Shown here one piece after another: positions 1 through 15,666 of a DNA stretch of 42,863 bases. Every line of letters starts with the position of its first letter. The first letter of the stretch is position 1. The stretch is from the NCBI GenBank assembly GCA_943704425.1, contig CALSCP010001768.1, positions 21,753 through 64,615 of the forward strand. Reading direction: 5' to 3'. A program made the translations under genes and the position numbers. The stretch is from Ministeria vibrans ATCC 50519. Lineage: Eukaryota; Protista; Filasterea. Below the pieces are notes generated by a model. That model was not told where the DNA came from. It saw nothing but the letters and a program-made list of their open reading frames with translations, and ran no database searches.

Positions 1-107
1 CTCTCTCTCTCTCTCTCTCGAACTCTCTCTCTCTCTCTCTTGAACTCTCTCTCTCTCTCTCTCTCTCGAACTCTCTCTCTCTCTCTCGCCATTGCAAATC
101 TCCTTAC

Positions 108-281
108 GTCGCGCGACTTCTTGCAAATCTGTGCTGAGCATCATGTGGTGGTTTGCGGTCTCCTCTGTGCGCGACAGGAACAGTGTTTGGGTCATGGAAA
201 AGGCTCCACTCTCATCGCTGGACGGTTTCTGGATTTTCATCAACGACTTGGAATACGCCTCCTCCACTGTCGCCCTAGATA

Positions 282-365
<84 letters not shown>

Positions 366-628
366 TACAGTCACGCGTTTAGAACCCTGGCGGTCGCTCG
401 GATCGCAATGCAAAACGTTGAAAAGTCCGTTTTAAAGAAAAAAAAACTCCTACCGCGCCTTTAAAACGTCATACAGCTCGCGTGCACTGTTGCTGCATGA
501 CTTTAGTTCGTTGACAAGCACATCATGGCCCGTCAGCGACATGCCCTACCACCAAAACAAGCCAGTCAACATCATTCGATTTCCTCTCTTCTCTCTACCC
601 AGAAGCCCTCCTGAAACGAGACGCTCAT
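108..628 (-). CDS. F-BAR (FCH) domain protein, FCHo1/2-like; 5' three exons, gene continues off the left edge
   Basis: Not in the ORF track. Spliced exons 628-599, ~545-454 and ~274-108 give MSVSFQEGFW-GMSLTGHDVLVNELKSCSNSARELYDVLKAR-ATVEEAYSKSLMKIQKPSSDESGAFSMTQTLFLSRTEETANHHMMLSTDLQEVAR. This matches the FCHo N-terminus pattern (FWG..GFDVL..KEL..RATIEEAYS..TEKLANCH..LQE). GT-AG junctions keep frame. Confidence 0.8.
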
Positions 629-1092
629 GGTTCCAGCAGCCTAACAACTCGATTGTCAACAAAGTAAAGCAATTAACTAAAGTCTAAACAGTCTGAGAAT
701 TTGACTTGTGAGATATTTAATTTTGAGGGAAATCATACAAGTCAACTCATCGCCTCAATAAACATTAGCTGCTGAATTGATGATTGAACGATTAATAAGA
801 AAACCTCCAGTCTTTTTTTACTGCCACTCAAGCGTTGGCAAACATCGCGGGTCCTTCCAGCTCCTTGAGTCACCCTTAAACAGAAAACAGGTACGATTGT
901 GTCATCGTCATCGTGAAACTGTCAACAACCTCAAAAGGGCCCATTCGCCTCTTACGACGCTCCCCCGTTGCCGCGCTAGGTCGTGGTTTGGACAGACTGT
1001 TTGGGGTGGGCGCATACTCGGGTGTGGAGGCCGCAAGAAGAACAGGAGAGAGCAAAGCTAAGCCAAAAGCGAAAAAAGGACCAAAAAAAAAA

Positions 1093-4000
1093 ATGTCGCG
1101 GTCGCGTCGAAGCCAACAGACGGCACAGCGACGTGTGCGGGGGTCTGGGGGGTCGCTGGAGAAAAGGCTCTCGTTTGAGACGGGCATGGCAGGCGGGGCG
1201 GGCAGCAGTGACTCGCTCAGCCTGCCACTGCCAGACCACACAACGAGCATTACGCTGGGGACGCCGCGCGTGCCTGCCGACCAGCCGACCACGCCCGAGG
1301 GCATCCAAGCCCGCCAGCTGGCCCTCACCGTGCGCCAGTGGGCCTCGATGCGCTCGCCGGCGGTCGCCCCCGCCACCACCACCAGTGGCGTCGCCAGTGA
1401 GAGTGTCGAGGAGCCGAGCGAGGCCAAGCGGCGCAACGCCCTCTGGCTCGGCGTCTGGGCCAAGCTCTACCGCTACCCCAACCTGGAGCAGGCCAACGAC
1501 GAGATTGAGCGACGACGCAGCGCGGGCACGGTCATCATCAAAGATTTCCTCTCCGGCCAGTCGTTTGCAACAGCTGCAGGATCAGCGACTATGGCGTCCG
1601 CACCAGCCTCTTTGTCGTCATCGCCAGCGGTCCCGTCCACTTCCTCTCCCTCTGCTTCCTCTGCCTCGTCTTCCAAGGGTGGAAGCAAAGTTGCGGCACT
1701 CGTCACGCCCGCCAAAGTGATGGCGCTGCTACGCTCCGTCGAGAGTGTCATTGCCCTGTACCCGAGCGAGCAGCAGTTTCTCGCGGCACAAGTCGGCACA
1801 CAAGAGAAGGCATTTGTGCAGCGACGCGAGAGTCTCAATGCCTACGTCACAATTGAGTCGATGCTCACGCAACAGATCACAATCAAAGCCAATTGGTGGG
1901 GCACACGCACATGCGACGAGCTGCAGAAAAGCCCAATGTCGTATGCAGCGCGCCAGTTTGTCTCGCGCATGGTTCTCAAGCGAGTCGACGTCGACGCCTT
2001 CATTGACATGATCCTGCGCAACCTTGAGCCGTCGCTTAACCTCGCCCGCAACACCATTCTACACTACTCGCGTCGGTGGCAGCGCTACCAGTTGCAGTCC
2101 CTTACACCCAAGTACCTCTTTTTGGCTCTTGTGTCGCTCTCCATGGCCCAGGCGTGTTTGCGTGTCCGCATTGACAATGTACCGCCGCATCTTTCGGCAC
2201 TCTCGGCACCCGTTCTCGTGCGCCAGTTTGAGCTTGCCATTGGGCAGGCATTCCGCGTGCAAGGCTTCTACAAGGCCATGACCGACGACTTTCCGGACAC
2301 GACAGCCCAGATGGAATCGCGTCGTGTTGAGTCTATGGTCAACTTTGAGCGCGAACTGCGCCGCTCGTTGGCCAAGTACCTCGACTTGCTGCTCATGTGG
2401 CTCGAGCAACTGGCCGAACAGGCACCCGACAAGCCGGTGCGCAAGGAGCGCATGCTCATTGACATTCTCGATGATCATTGGGGGCCCGCCTGGGAGATGG
2501 CCCACCAGATCCGCAAGGGTCCTGTCGAGTGCTCACGTCGTTTTTGCTCCATGATGGTCTTTGTCATTGAAAATCTCCGCCACGACACTAACACGCTGGT
2601 GAAGCAAGTGGCGCCCTCGCGCAACATTGCTATTGACGGGACGCCATCGTCGGAGGAGGAGGAGGAGGATGACGACGATTCAGACGTTGACGATGACGAG
2701 GAGAACAACGATGACGAGGAAGAAGTCAATGGTGCTAGTGGTGTAGGAACCGGGGGAATGACGCGTGTACATCGTCATGGCGACAGTGTGGTACTCGAGG
2801 AGAACGAAGAGGAGGTGGCTGCGGCGGAACGGAGGGAGATGATGGGCGAAAAGAGTCCCACCAAGGGCATTCGCAGAGCATTGGTACGGTCGGTGTCGCG
2901 CGACAAGACACCCTCGGCCATTTTCAAAGGACCGGGGAGCTTGCCGACCATGGGTGGTATGTTGGAGTCGGATAACCACAACAGTAGCAATAATGAGGAG
3001 GAAGAGGACGACGAGGACGATGACGATGATGACGATGACGACGACGACGATGACGATGACGACGACTTCAACGACGACGACGAGCGTCTGGTAGTGCGCA
3101 ATGTGCGTCGCATGGAACGTGAGCAGCGTCGCAAGCAGCGTGCTCAGCGACGCCTTGCTCGACGTCTCTCGACCACCGCCGAGACACCCTCGGTCAACGT
3201 CAACGATCTGCTTGCACCCCAGCCCGCCTCATCACAGCTCACCAAAACCACGCACCAGCTGCGACCCCGTTCGGTGACTATTGCGACGTCGACAGAGGAA
3301 CGCAACAAGGGCGACGGTGCCGTTGTTGCTGCTGGCTTTGAAAGCAATGGTCATTCCTGTGGTGGCGCCGATCACGGTGCAGGCGACGGTAGCGGCGCTG
3401 ACTTAACGCTTAACGGTGAGTCGCGTCCTCGCGCGTCCACCCTCAACTCGCTGAGCAGTCCACCGCGCAATCCGCTGTCGGCAAACCCTCGACCAGCACG
3501 AGTGCGCGAAGGCGCCACAGGACTCGACAGTCGACGCTCCCTACTGTTCAAACACGGCAACGATTCCGTCGGAGCGAGCTACGACCAACTGGGCGAGTTG
3601 GATGATGAAGAGCAACAACAACGCGAGAGCACCGATCGAGGGGCAATGACGACAGTGGACCCTTCTGGTGTGCGCGCTGGTGGTGAGGCGCACCCATTGA
3701 CACCGCCGCTGCCAACGCCACCCATTGCCGAGAAACAACCGAATGGCGAAGTGGCCTCTTTGGTGACGCCTGCCAGCAGGGACAACGTGGATGCGTGTAC
3801 ACTGACGGCGACAGCGACAGCGGCGGCACCACGCGAGCGTGCGTCCACCTTGACCTTGACGTCGACTCTGTCGCCTGTGTCCGTGGCGAGTCGTGTGACA
3901 GTGGAGACACCGTCGCCACCGTTGAATATACGCGATGCGGAGCAACAGCAACGCAATCGAATGCTTCGCAAGTCGGACGAACTTTTTTCGTACTCGCGAC

Positions 4001-6709
4001 GCTATGCGCTCAAGACCTTCTCGTTTGTCAAGCGATTGGTGCACAACATTGAGACGGGTGCCGAGCTGCCGCTGGCGGCGCCCCTCACCGTTGTACTTAA
4101 CCAGCTGGCGGCCAAGGACTGGCGCATTCTGCGACCCACTGCGCAACACCTGGAGGGTCGACGACAGGATAATTTGGCGATTTTGTTGCCACCGACACTT
4201 TCGGTCGCGTGTCAGACGATGCAGGACGCGTCGTTGGCCAAGGTTTTTGGGACGACACAGTCGCAGCGTAACCGCAGCATGTCGGCCGTGGACGACGAGA
4301 GCTTTATTATTGTACTACCGTCAAGGACGGCGACCACGGGCGAGAGTGTCTTTGACCTGTGGCAGGGCTCGGAGACGCGACAGCCTTTGCTGAAACGCTG
4401 TGATATTTCGCCCAAGATGCAAGATGACGTTGCGGTGCGCGATGGCTACCTGCTTCTGCTGAGTGGCAATGTGACGAGCAAACCGCGGCATCGACGCGAC
4501 GTGTCCGACGCACTGGGCGACATGGTGGACTGGTCACGAGTGCACTCGACGTGTCCGTACACTACGGTGCGCGATGCGCTTCAAAATGTCTTCAACGAGG
4601 TATGCACCCTTGGACCGTGTATGAGCCACGCTGCGGCAACTGTCCACAACGACTTCGTGTCGGTCTTTACGCGCCCCAAGGAGCTTCATGGAACGGACGC
4701 GCGCAGTCGCGGTCCCAACTTTGTGCTGCACAAGGCCCACGCGTCGGCATTGGCTGTCATGTGGGAGGGCATGCGGATGCAAGGCCACACGTTCACCGAG
4801 CAGGAAGCGTCGTTGGTGCTCCAGTGGATGCGCTTTGTGCTTGACTGTCCGCGCGACACGCTCGAACGCTACCACTACCGTTTGCAAGTGGGCATCACAC
4901 TGGTGGACCACTACTGCGAACAGCTCTACTTTGCTCTGCCTCAGGCAGACCGTCCCGAGTTCACCTATGCTCTCACGCGCTTCATGGCACACGTGCCCGC
5001 CACCAAGCGTCTTGGCAACTCTGTTCCGTCCACTCCCTGTTCAGCTGCTCCCCAACTGCCCCAAAAGGTAAAAGAAAAAATAATTTAATAATAATAATAA
5101 TAATAACAATTTAATTTTTATAGAAAATGTCATCGACTACATTTGACATTGGGCGGCAGATGGGAGCGCGACTTGTGGCGGCACATGCGCTTGCGGGTGG
5201 AGCGGGCAGTGGGGAGCTCTCCTTGACGGGGAGACGAGCGGCCCACCACACCCACCGACGGACGCGCAGTGACGGCGCAGCTGCGTCGTTGATGGGTGTT
5301 GGGAGTGAGCCTGAAGCATCTCCAGAGGTAGGTGGGCCATCGGTTGCTGCTGCAGCCATTGCGACGGTGGGGCGACGGCGGTATGGGCGTGGTCGGGCGC
5401 CATACAAGACGTGGAAGGACATTGATGGGCTGCGCGATGACAAGCTTCAGCGAGGAGGCTACGTGGGCAAGGTGCTGGCGAGTCCGCTACGTGCACTTGG
5501 GCGCGGTGAGGATGCGCAGGAGGACCCGGTGATGCGTGAGCTTAAGCAGTTCTCGTATACGGTGCGGTGGCTGCGTGGACGGCAACTCGGGGCTGGCCAG
5601 TATGGCGAGGTGTTCGTGTGCATTGACTTGGATCAGCCGCGCCAGTTGGCTGTGAAAGAGTTGCGTTTGCAGCGCACCGAAAAGACCAACATCACGTACA
5701 GCTCGACGCTGTTAGTGAAGCCGTCGACGATTCGCGACGAAATGATGATCATGGACCAGATTGATCACAAGAATATTGTCAAGCACTTTGGCATTGAGGT
5801 GCACTCTGATCGTGTCTATCTCTTCATGGAGGTAAAAATGAAAGCGAGAGAGACAAAAGAGAGTGGAAGAGAGAGAGAGAGAGAAAGAGATATTGACTCT
5901 GTGTATGTGACGTGTAGTACTGTTCTGAGGGCACGCTTGCGGACCTAATTGCGTCTGAGCGACTTGTGCGCGAGCGGGACATTCGACAAGTAGCGGCACA
6001 GCTGTTTGACGCCGTGAGCTTCCTGCACTCGCGCGGCATTGTCCATGGCGATATTAAGACGGACAACATCTTTTTCGATCAGGATTATGTGCTCAAGGTA
6101 CAATTTATGATGGAGTGACGGAAGAGAGAGAGAAGAAGAAGAAAAACAAGTTTTTGAACGTGTGTGTGTGCGTGTGTCTGTAGTTGGGGGATTTTGGACT
6201 TGCAAAGAAGTTGAAGGTGCGAGTGCGGACACGCAAAGGAGAGTTGACGCGGGCAGAGGGGACGCCGCACTACTGGGCGCCAGAGATTGTAACGGGAGAG
6301 AGCAGTGAGGGGCATGGCAGGAAGGTACGAAGCAGGAGTGATTGTGTAGAGGAGTGAGTGGAAGTGCAGAGTGTGGTTGGATTTTGTGTGGGGATTACGT
6401 TTGGTGGTCTGTGTGTGGGTGGGTTGAGTCGTGCTGACTTTGACGGGGGTGGGGGTTTAGGTTGACATTTGGTCTGCTGGATGCTGTTTGCTTGAGATGC
6501 TGACGGGCAAACGGCCATGGCACCAGATCAGCAACGAATGGCAGATTGGGTTCCGATTGGCATTCACTGAGGAGCTTCCAGGCGTGCTGGACATCGATGG
6601 AACCAACGCGGCTGCACGTGAGGTCCTTGAGCAGTGTTTTGTGCGCAATCCCACTCTCAGACCCACTGCCCATGATATTCTGCGTCTGCCCTGGTTTCAC
6701 AAGCAATGA
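1093..6709 (+). CDS. MAP3K4: MAP kinase kinase kinase 4 (MEKK4/Ssk2 family), 5 exons
   Basis: Exons 1093-5067, 5124-5831, 5918-6097, 6184-6324, 6461-6709 are in frame across GT-AG introns. The N-terminus has MEKK4-type segments (LWLGVWA; VIALYPSEQQF...FVQRRESLNAY). Kinase motifs: RWLRGRQLGAGQYGEVF, AVKE, LFMEYCSEGTL, HGDIKTDN, LGDFG, GTPHYWAPE, GHGRKVDIWSAGC, EMLTGKRPW. The start at aaaaATG 1093 is inferred. Confidence 0.85.
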
Positions 6710-6751
6710 CGAGAGACAGTGAGAGCGAGACTCGCGTGTACAAATTTAAGC

Positions 6752-6753
6752 TA

Positions 6754-6795
<42 letters not shown>

Positions 6796-6842
6796 AACAT
6801 CAGAACCCACTATGTTATACTACTACTACTACTACTACTACT
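6752..6842. repeat. (TAC)n microsatellites between convergent 3' ends
   Basis: Two TAC runs visible directly. Confidence 0.9.
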
Positions 6843-6909
6843 CAAACATCGAATCCACTATGTTATGTGTCCAACTGATATTGATAATAAAGATGCCTTT
6901 TGGTGTGTC

Positions 6910-7489
6910 TTAGTGCTTGTCGATGGAGAAGACGTGTACATGAAAGATGTTGCGGATGGACTGTGCGGCGGGAGGATTGATGAAGTGGATGCAATCGCGC
7001 TCGGGGAATTCGCGAGCAATGATGTCGTTGATTTCTGTGGATGACAGGGTGCCACCGACGACCCAGATGAGGTTGTGGTGGATGTGGTCGTCGACGGCGT
7101 AGCGAAAGTGATTAGTGACCACTCTGATCTGCTTTTCTTTCAGCGCTGGGATGGGACAGCGTTGCTTTCCGGTGGCTTCGTCCACTTCAATGGGAAAGTT
7201 GAAGTGTTGGTAAACGATGAAGTCGCCTACGGTCGCCCATGTCTGCAGTGTTTTCGCATTGTGAGCCTACGAGCGAAAACGAGAGTCAGTCCGAAGACAT
7301 AAATTCAGTGTCTCGTCTTATACGTGGTAGTAGGCGAGCGGTTCTTTGAGTCGGCCGAGTTCGCCAACACGGTCTTCTACACGGTATGCATGGAATCAGG
7401 AATGAGGGCTGAATAGGATGCGACAGACCTCTGATCACCGCTTGGAGCTCATCCCAAGTCAACGGTACATCGACTGGATCGCGGCCCAT
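6910..7489 (-). CDS. DUF3605 / GIG1-like (HIT-like) protein, 3 exons
   Basis: Spliced product MGRDPVDVPLTWDELQAVIR-EDRVGELGRLKEPLAYYH-AHNAKTLQTWATVGDFI...VVTNHFRYAVDDHIHHNLIW...FINPPAAQSIRNIFHVHVF. It carries the LTW, N-x-F-x-Y...H-x-x-x-W and F-x-NPP...S-I...H-x-HV motifs of this family. Confidence 0.75.
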
Positions 7490-7669
7490 AGTGGGAATTG
7501 ACTGCTAAGAGCGTAAGAGTACTGTATACGCCTTGATGACTTGATGAATAGTGTAATTTTGACTTTTGAGTTTTGAGTCATCATAGAGAGACTCTTTTTT
7601 CGACCTTGATCAAGTGGACCAACGTGAACCAACGAAACCACTTTTATTCCTACTCTAAAGTTGGTCAGG

Positions 7670-8873
7670 ATGTGTACACCCCCTGGTAGATGGAAAGGAC
7701 CGCGCACGGGTGCGTTTGTGGCGAACTATACACTTGACGAAGGTTGGTTGGTTCGTCGCATGTAACGTGAGCGAGATCGCTCAACCTTGGCTCTCCCCTG
7801 CGTAGAGCAAGAGAAGACACTCGAACGCTTTCGATCCCACCTGTTTGAAGGCGACGAGGCTGTGGCTGAGGACGTTCGATGGATTTGCGACGATGCCTGT
7901 TTGGTTCGGTAAAGGAAGAAGAGCGAATGTGTCAGTCACGTTTTTCACTCTCTCCATCTTCTCTCTCTCTCTCCTTTTCCTTTATTTTTCGTTGCCTTTT
8001 TGACTCGCCATACAGTTTCTTACGAGCTCGTGACTGGGATTTGAAAAAGTCTGAAGTGCTACTACGAGAAATGCTCGTGTGGCGCAACGAGTTTGGGGTG
8101 GACAGGCTGCACCCGGACACGCTGGACAAGGAGGCGGAGACGGGCAAGCTGTACCGCCACGGGTTTGACCTGCACGGTCGTCCTGTTCTCTACATGCGCC
8201 CGCGCTTCCAAAACACGAAAGACTACAGAAACCAAGTGAACCTGACGGTGTACACACTCGAGCGAATCGTGCAGGTTTGCAATACTAATTATTGTTGCCA
8301 CCCTGTTGTCATAAAACTTTCACCCAATAGAGTATGGACCAGTCGAAGGGAGTCGAACAGCTGACGCTGTTGATTGACTTCAAAGACTACTCGCTGTTCA
8401 ACGCGCCGCCCATGTGGCAGAGCAAAGAGGTCCTGCACATCATCACGTCATGCTACCCCGAACGCCTCGGCCTGGCCCTCCTCGTCGACGCTCCCTGGAT
8501 CTTCAAGACCTTCTTCAAGGTCTCTCTTTTACATGCTTTTAAGTCCATTCCAGGGCCATCCCTAATTCTTTCTTAGGTGATTTCTCCGCTTATTCCTGCT
8601 GTCACCAAGCAAAAGATTCATTTCATATCGGGCTCAACCGAACCAGGTGCAGCAGAAAAGAAAAAATCCGCTTACACCCAAACACGCAGAGCCACCTTGA
8701 GACAGCTAAATCCACCTGTTCTTTTGGTGCTCTATATAGGGTCATCGAAAGTGACAAAGCTCAGCGAGCATCTTGACATGAGCGCAATGCAGAAGGACTA
8801 CGGAGGCACAGGCGAATGGGAGTACGACCACTCAGTCTACTGGGCCTTTGAGCAAAGCGAAGCCAATCAATGA
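7670..8873 (+). CDS. CRAL-TRIO/Sec14-like lipid transfer protein (PDR16/Rsc5-like), ~6 exons
   Basis: Spliced motifs DDACLVRFLRARDWD, WR, GKLYRHGFDLHGRPVLYMRP, LLIDFKDYS, YPERLG, APWIF, TKQKIHF, DYGG. Start at 7670 is inferred. Confidence 0.85.
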
Positions 8874-9519
8874 GCAGAGCGAAGCGAATTAATGAACAGA
8901 GCTAAGCCAATCATCAATGAACCCACATAAAATAAAGTGAAATGAATGAGTAGTTTTGTAGTTCAAGTTCAAAATAAGTGTAAAAATAATAATAACAACA
9001 AAAATAATAATAATTATTATTGTACTGTCTCTCTTCATCTCTCTTTCTCTCTCTCACTCTCTCTCTCTCTCTCCCTCTTTCTTGATTCTTCTGTACACAA
9101 TGGTGTTTTTTTTGCATCGTGTTGACTGTGTGTGTGTGTCTTGCGTAGCTGTGCACTGCTTCCCCATCTCCTCCAATGGGTTGTTTTTCCTTCCCCAACA
9201 TCCCAATAAGCGAGAATCACACTCTCTGTGCGCCCCGCAGCCCCGCCACCCCCGCATTCTCATGACCATTCCATGTATGCCTCTGCTCTTCTTCTCGCTC
9301 TTGTCCTCGGCACTGCATCTTCGGCGCGGGTGTCGATGACACACAAACATCACCTCAAGTTCGCCGTATGAGCAGCCCCAGTCCGCGCCCACCCGTTTAT
9401 TCCCCTTGGTGTGATCTGTAGACCCTAATCACATGAGAGAGTGCGATGTATCGGTCCGTTCTGTCCCTGCCATCGATCCAACGGCGATCCGACAAAGATC
9501 CAGCGATCCAACATCGGTC

Positions 9520-9594
9520 ACCCCCCCCCCCCCCCCCCCCCCCCCCCCACTCCCCGCCCCACTCCCTGCCCCGCAGCGCCCTACACTCCCCCTG
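9520..9594 (-). other. poly-C run (~30 nt) plus further C-tracts; G-quadruplex-capable on the minus strand
   Basis: C homopolymer at 9520-9548 followed by CCCC/CCC tracts. Confidence 0.5.
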
Positions 9595-10096
9595 GCCGCA
9601 GTAAAAACGGGTGCGACAACTGCGTGAACCATACCTGGATCAGGGCCCCGTGGAGGCCTGCTGAGGACCCTGGCCTCTTTCGCTGTCGCGCCAACTCCGT
9701 TGTTTTTGCTTGATCAAACAGAAAAGCTGTTTTGCGCCTTTGTTGGCAATCCTGCACCACCACTCACCACTCACCACTCTGAGCTCTGATCAACTCCTGT
9801 GTCCTTGGCCATCCTTTCCACGGCTGCTTTGCGTGTTCTCTTTTTGGAAAACAAATTGCCACTACCAATGAGCGGAACCACGTCAAAGAATACAGTCCTT
9901 TGCAAGGTCTCTCAATCTACAACGCAACACATGTGCAATCGCACAAGGGAGGTGACACGGCTGTCTGCGATGGATGAACCAAATGAGAAAGGGACAAAAT
10001 TGGCACTGGAGCGTGATCGGACTCTCACATTGGGCGGTCAGACCGTGCGTTGGACGCCATGACCCACTTATGTCGACTACCTTGGCATTGTGTCTG

Positions 10097-10273
<177 letters not shown>

Positions 10274-12141
10274 CGCACCTTTCTCGCTCGTCTCTGAGCT
10301 TTGAACTGACTAATCTGCCCATTCACTATAGACACTGAGTCACTGACTGCACTTTGCAGTCAGTGAACTCGTCATCTATCTACAACCTGCGTGAAAATGT
10401 GAATGTTTATTCACTTAATGACTGATCGGCTGTCTTTGAAATAATGGACCGTTTTGGAACAAGGGATAAAATGACGCTACCGTCTCAACAGTGCACCGTC
10501 GCAACACCCGAGAGCCACGCTTGCCCCAGCCGGAAGGGACTCTACGTGCGGACCACCGTGAAAAGCGGCAAGTGCGTGCGTGGGGCGACAGCGAGGATGT
10601 GTGTGGATGACGTCGCAGCAGGCAACCAAGTCATATCATATCAACAAAGTCCACTTCTCACTTGCTCACTCCTTTCTCACTCTCTCCCTCCGTCCGTATT
10701 CCCTCTCACTTTATTGCCCCGCCCATCATGTCAACGGAGGAATGCTCTGATGCCATCTCTCCTGCCGTGACCAGCGAACTTGCCCAGAGCTTCTTGTTCA
10801 CGCAAGGACGCGCAAACAACCGTACGATAAAGAAAAAAAAGACAAGAAAAAAAAAGAACAGGGCAATATCGTGCTGTATCCCGCAGATGGCGCATCCCTA
10901 TTGCTAACCCCTCATCCCTACTTGCGTTCTGTCCCACCGCATCTCATTTATTCGTCCTGCCCGCTCCGGGGTTCCTCGCAGAAGTTCTGGAGCCATCCGC
11001 CATTCCGTCCACTTGCGCCGTTCTCAACAAAGTCCTTGTGCCGACCCACACCAGTGCCGCCCTCTGTCCCAACGACTCCTGTTGCTCCGTCTCTCTCAAC
11101 GATCTTGCCTGTTTTTTTGGCAGCTTCTGTAAGAGATCCGATATCAGTCGGCACCAAAAAAAACGAGCCATGAAATCAAAAAAAAAAAAAAACGAACGAG
11201 GGCGTGAAACGCACTGATCGGACAGGTATTAAACTCTCCTTGTGCTGTAGATACAGTGTGTGCGTTCGCGGTGAATCGTACTTCGGTGAAACCTTCGGGA
11301 TTGAAGGTAACAACAAGGATTGATAAAAGACGCTCGCTCTGACGGCGTGGGAACCAACCCTTTCGCGACCGCCCCGGCGCCCTCCTTGACGCTCCCTATC
11401 CTCCCATTCCTTTCCCCTGTGCCTTTCTCGGCCAACTTGCCCGCAGGATGCGCTTTTTTACCGTTTTTTTTCGCTCTCATCTTGCTTGTGTCCAAACTCC
11501 CGGCCCTACCCGCTGTTTATTGTACCACCGCTGCCTTTGCGCTGGCCAACCTCCGCCTTGCACTGCTGCAATTGCGCGTCGCAGCACGTTTCATCCGCCG
11601 TTTTCGACTGTTTTGCAAACCGCGGTGCGACGGATCTCCGCCGCGCTCAAACCCATCCGCTCGACGCCATTTGTCTTTGTAATGCCGAGAGCCTTCCTCC
11701 GAAATTCGCTGTGAAAGACCCTCCCCTTTGGGGAATGTTTGGAAAAAAAAAAACGGAGACACGCGATCCAGCCATCTCGTACCGACGGAACCGGACCCGT
11801 CCTTGCTCGTTTCTTGCCCTTCGCCCTTCCCTGCTCTAATCGCTTTTGTTTGTCGCTTTCCATTGATGCATTTCCAGCCCCTGCTCATTCTGGAGTTTTT
11901 TTGTGTGCCCAAAACCGCAACGTTTTTTTTTTCTTTTTCTTTCCTTTTTTTGCAAACCACTGCCTAAGAAAAGGGTACGCCTTCGTGGTCCCTTGCCTAT
12001 GCAACATGTATTTTGGTGGTGTTTATTCTATGTGGCCACATGAGAAGGGGGGTTGTGGCTTCTGTGCTTGACTCTTATTATCATCCGCTGATTTTTATTA
12101 ATTTATATTTTTGTGGTTTGTGGTTTGTGTCTCAGTCGCGC

Positions 12142-12777
12142 ATGGCGGTTGCTTCAGACGGCACCGACGCCACCATCGATGCGGCGCTCACTGGGATGCT
12201 TTACATGAGCGTGCTACGACCGCTATTCAACCGATCGCGTGGCACGGATCATCCGCAACGGCTGTGCTACACCCTCTCCGGTTCAAGCAACACGCCCACG
12301 CACAAATTTCTCGCCGACGAGTTTGGTCGTGTGCAGTTTGTCATTTACAAACTGAGTTTGCGACGCGACGCGCGCATCAAGGTGTACGCGTGCCATCGTG
12401 TGTTGAACATGTCGTCGCAGGAGGTCTGTTTTGTCGCGCCAATGCTGGTCATTGTGGACGATGTGAGCGGCAAACTGTTTCCTCATGTGCCCCCGCGCGC
12501 ACTAGCACGCCCTGACATTGAAGAGCGGGTTATGCTGTACAACGCCAAAGCAGCGGCACAGCAGCAGCAGCAGCAGCAGCAACGCGCCAGGAAGCGTGCG
12601 GCATCCAACGAGAGCGACAAGGACGACTCTAACCACCACCAACAACAACAACAACAACAACAGCAGCAGCAGAGAAAAAAGCAGCGCTCCACTCTGCCCA
12701 CACCACCCGGCTCCGCCGACTCGTCCTCCGCCGACTCACCCCCCCGACACTCCCCTGTTACCTCTCCATCCTTCTGA
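12142..12777 (+). CDS. orphan 211-aa protein: globular N-terminal domain, polyQ tracts, basic NLS-like clusters, Ser/Pro tail
   Basis: GC-rich coding-like ORF preceded by an acceptor (tctcag at 12135). An upstream donor (aagg|gtacgc, ~11975) suggests a 5'UTR intron. No family recognised. Confidence 0.65.
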   Translation: MAVASDGTDATIDAALTGMLYMSVLRPLFNRSRGTDHPQRLCYTLSGSSNTPTHKFLADEFGRVQFVIYKLSLRRDARIKVYACHRVLNMSSQEVCFVAPMLVIVDDVSGKLFPHVPPRALARPDIEERVMLYNAKAAAQQQQQQQQRARKRAASNESDKDDSNHHQQQQQQQQQQQRKKQRSTLPTPPGSADSSSADSPPRHSPVTSPSF

Positions 12778-12911
12778 CTCCCTTTCCTCTCCCTCAATTT
12801 GATCTGCTGTGCAGACATTCACGTTGCAATCACGCACACTCTCTCGACTTTCCAATGTAACATTCTTTCACACGCTTTCTATCTCTTTCTTTTGCCTTTC
12901 AAACAAGTCGT

Positions 12912-15666
<2,755 letters not shown>

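Noticed and set aside
913-1092. GTG-initiated N-terminal extension of MAP3K4
   Set aside because: Eukaryotic context; the first in-frame ATG with an A-rich context is at 1093.
10444-11970. Several 80-150-aa ORFs upstream of the orphan gene
   Set aside because: Homopolymer-rich, overlapping in many frames, no motifs and no consistent splice path; treated as regulatory or 5'UTR sequence.
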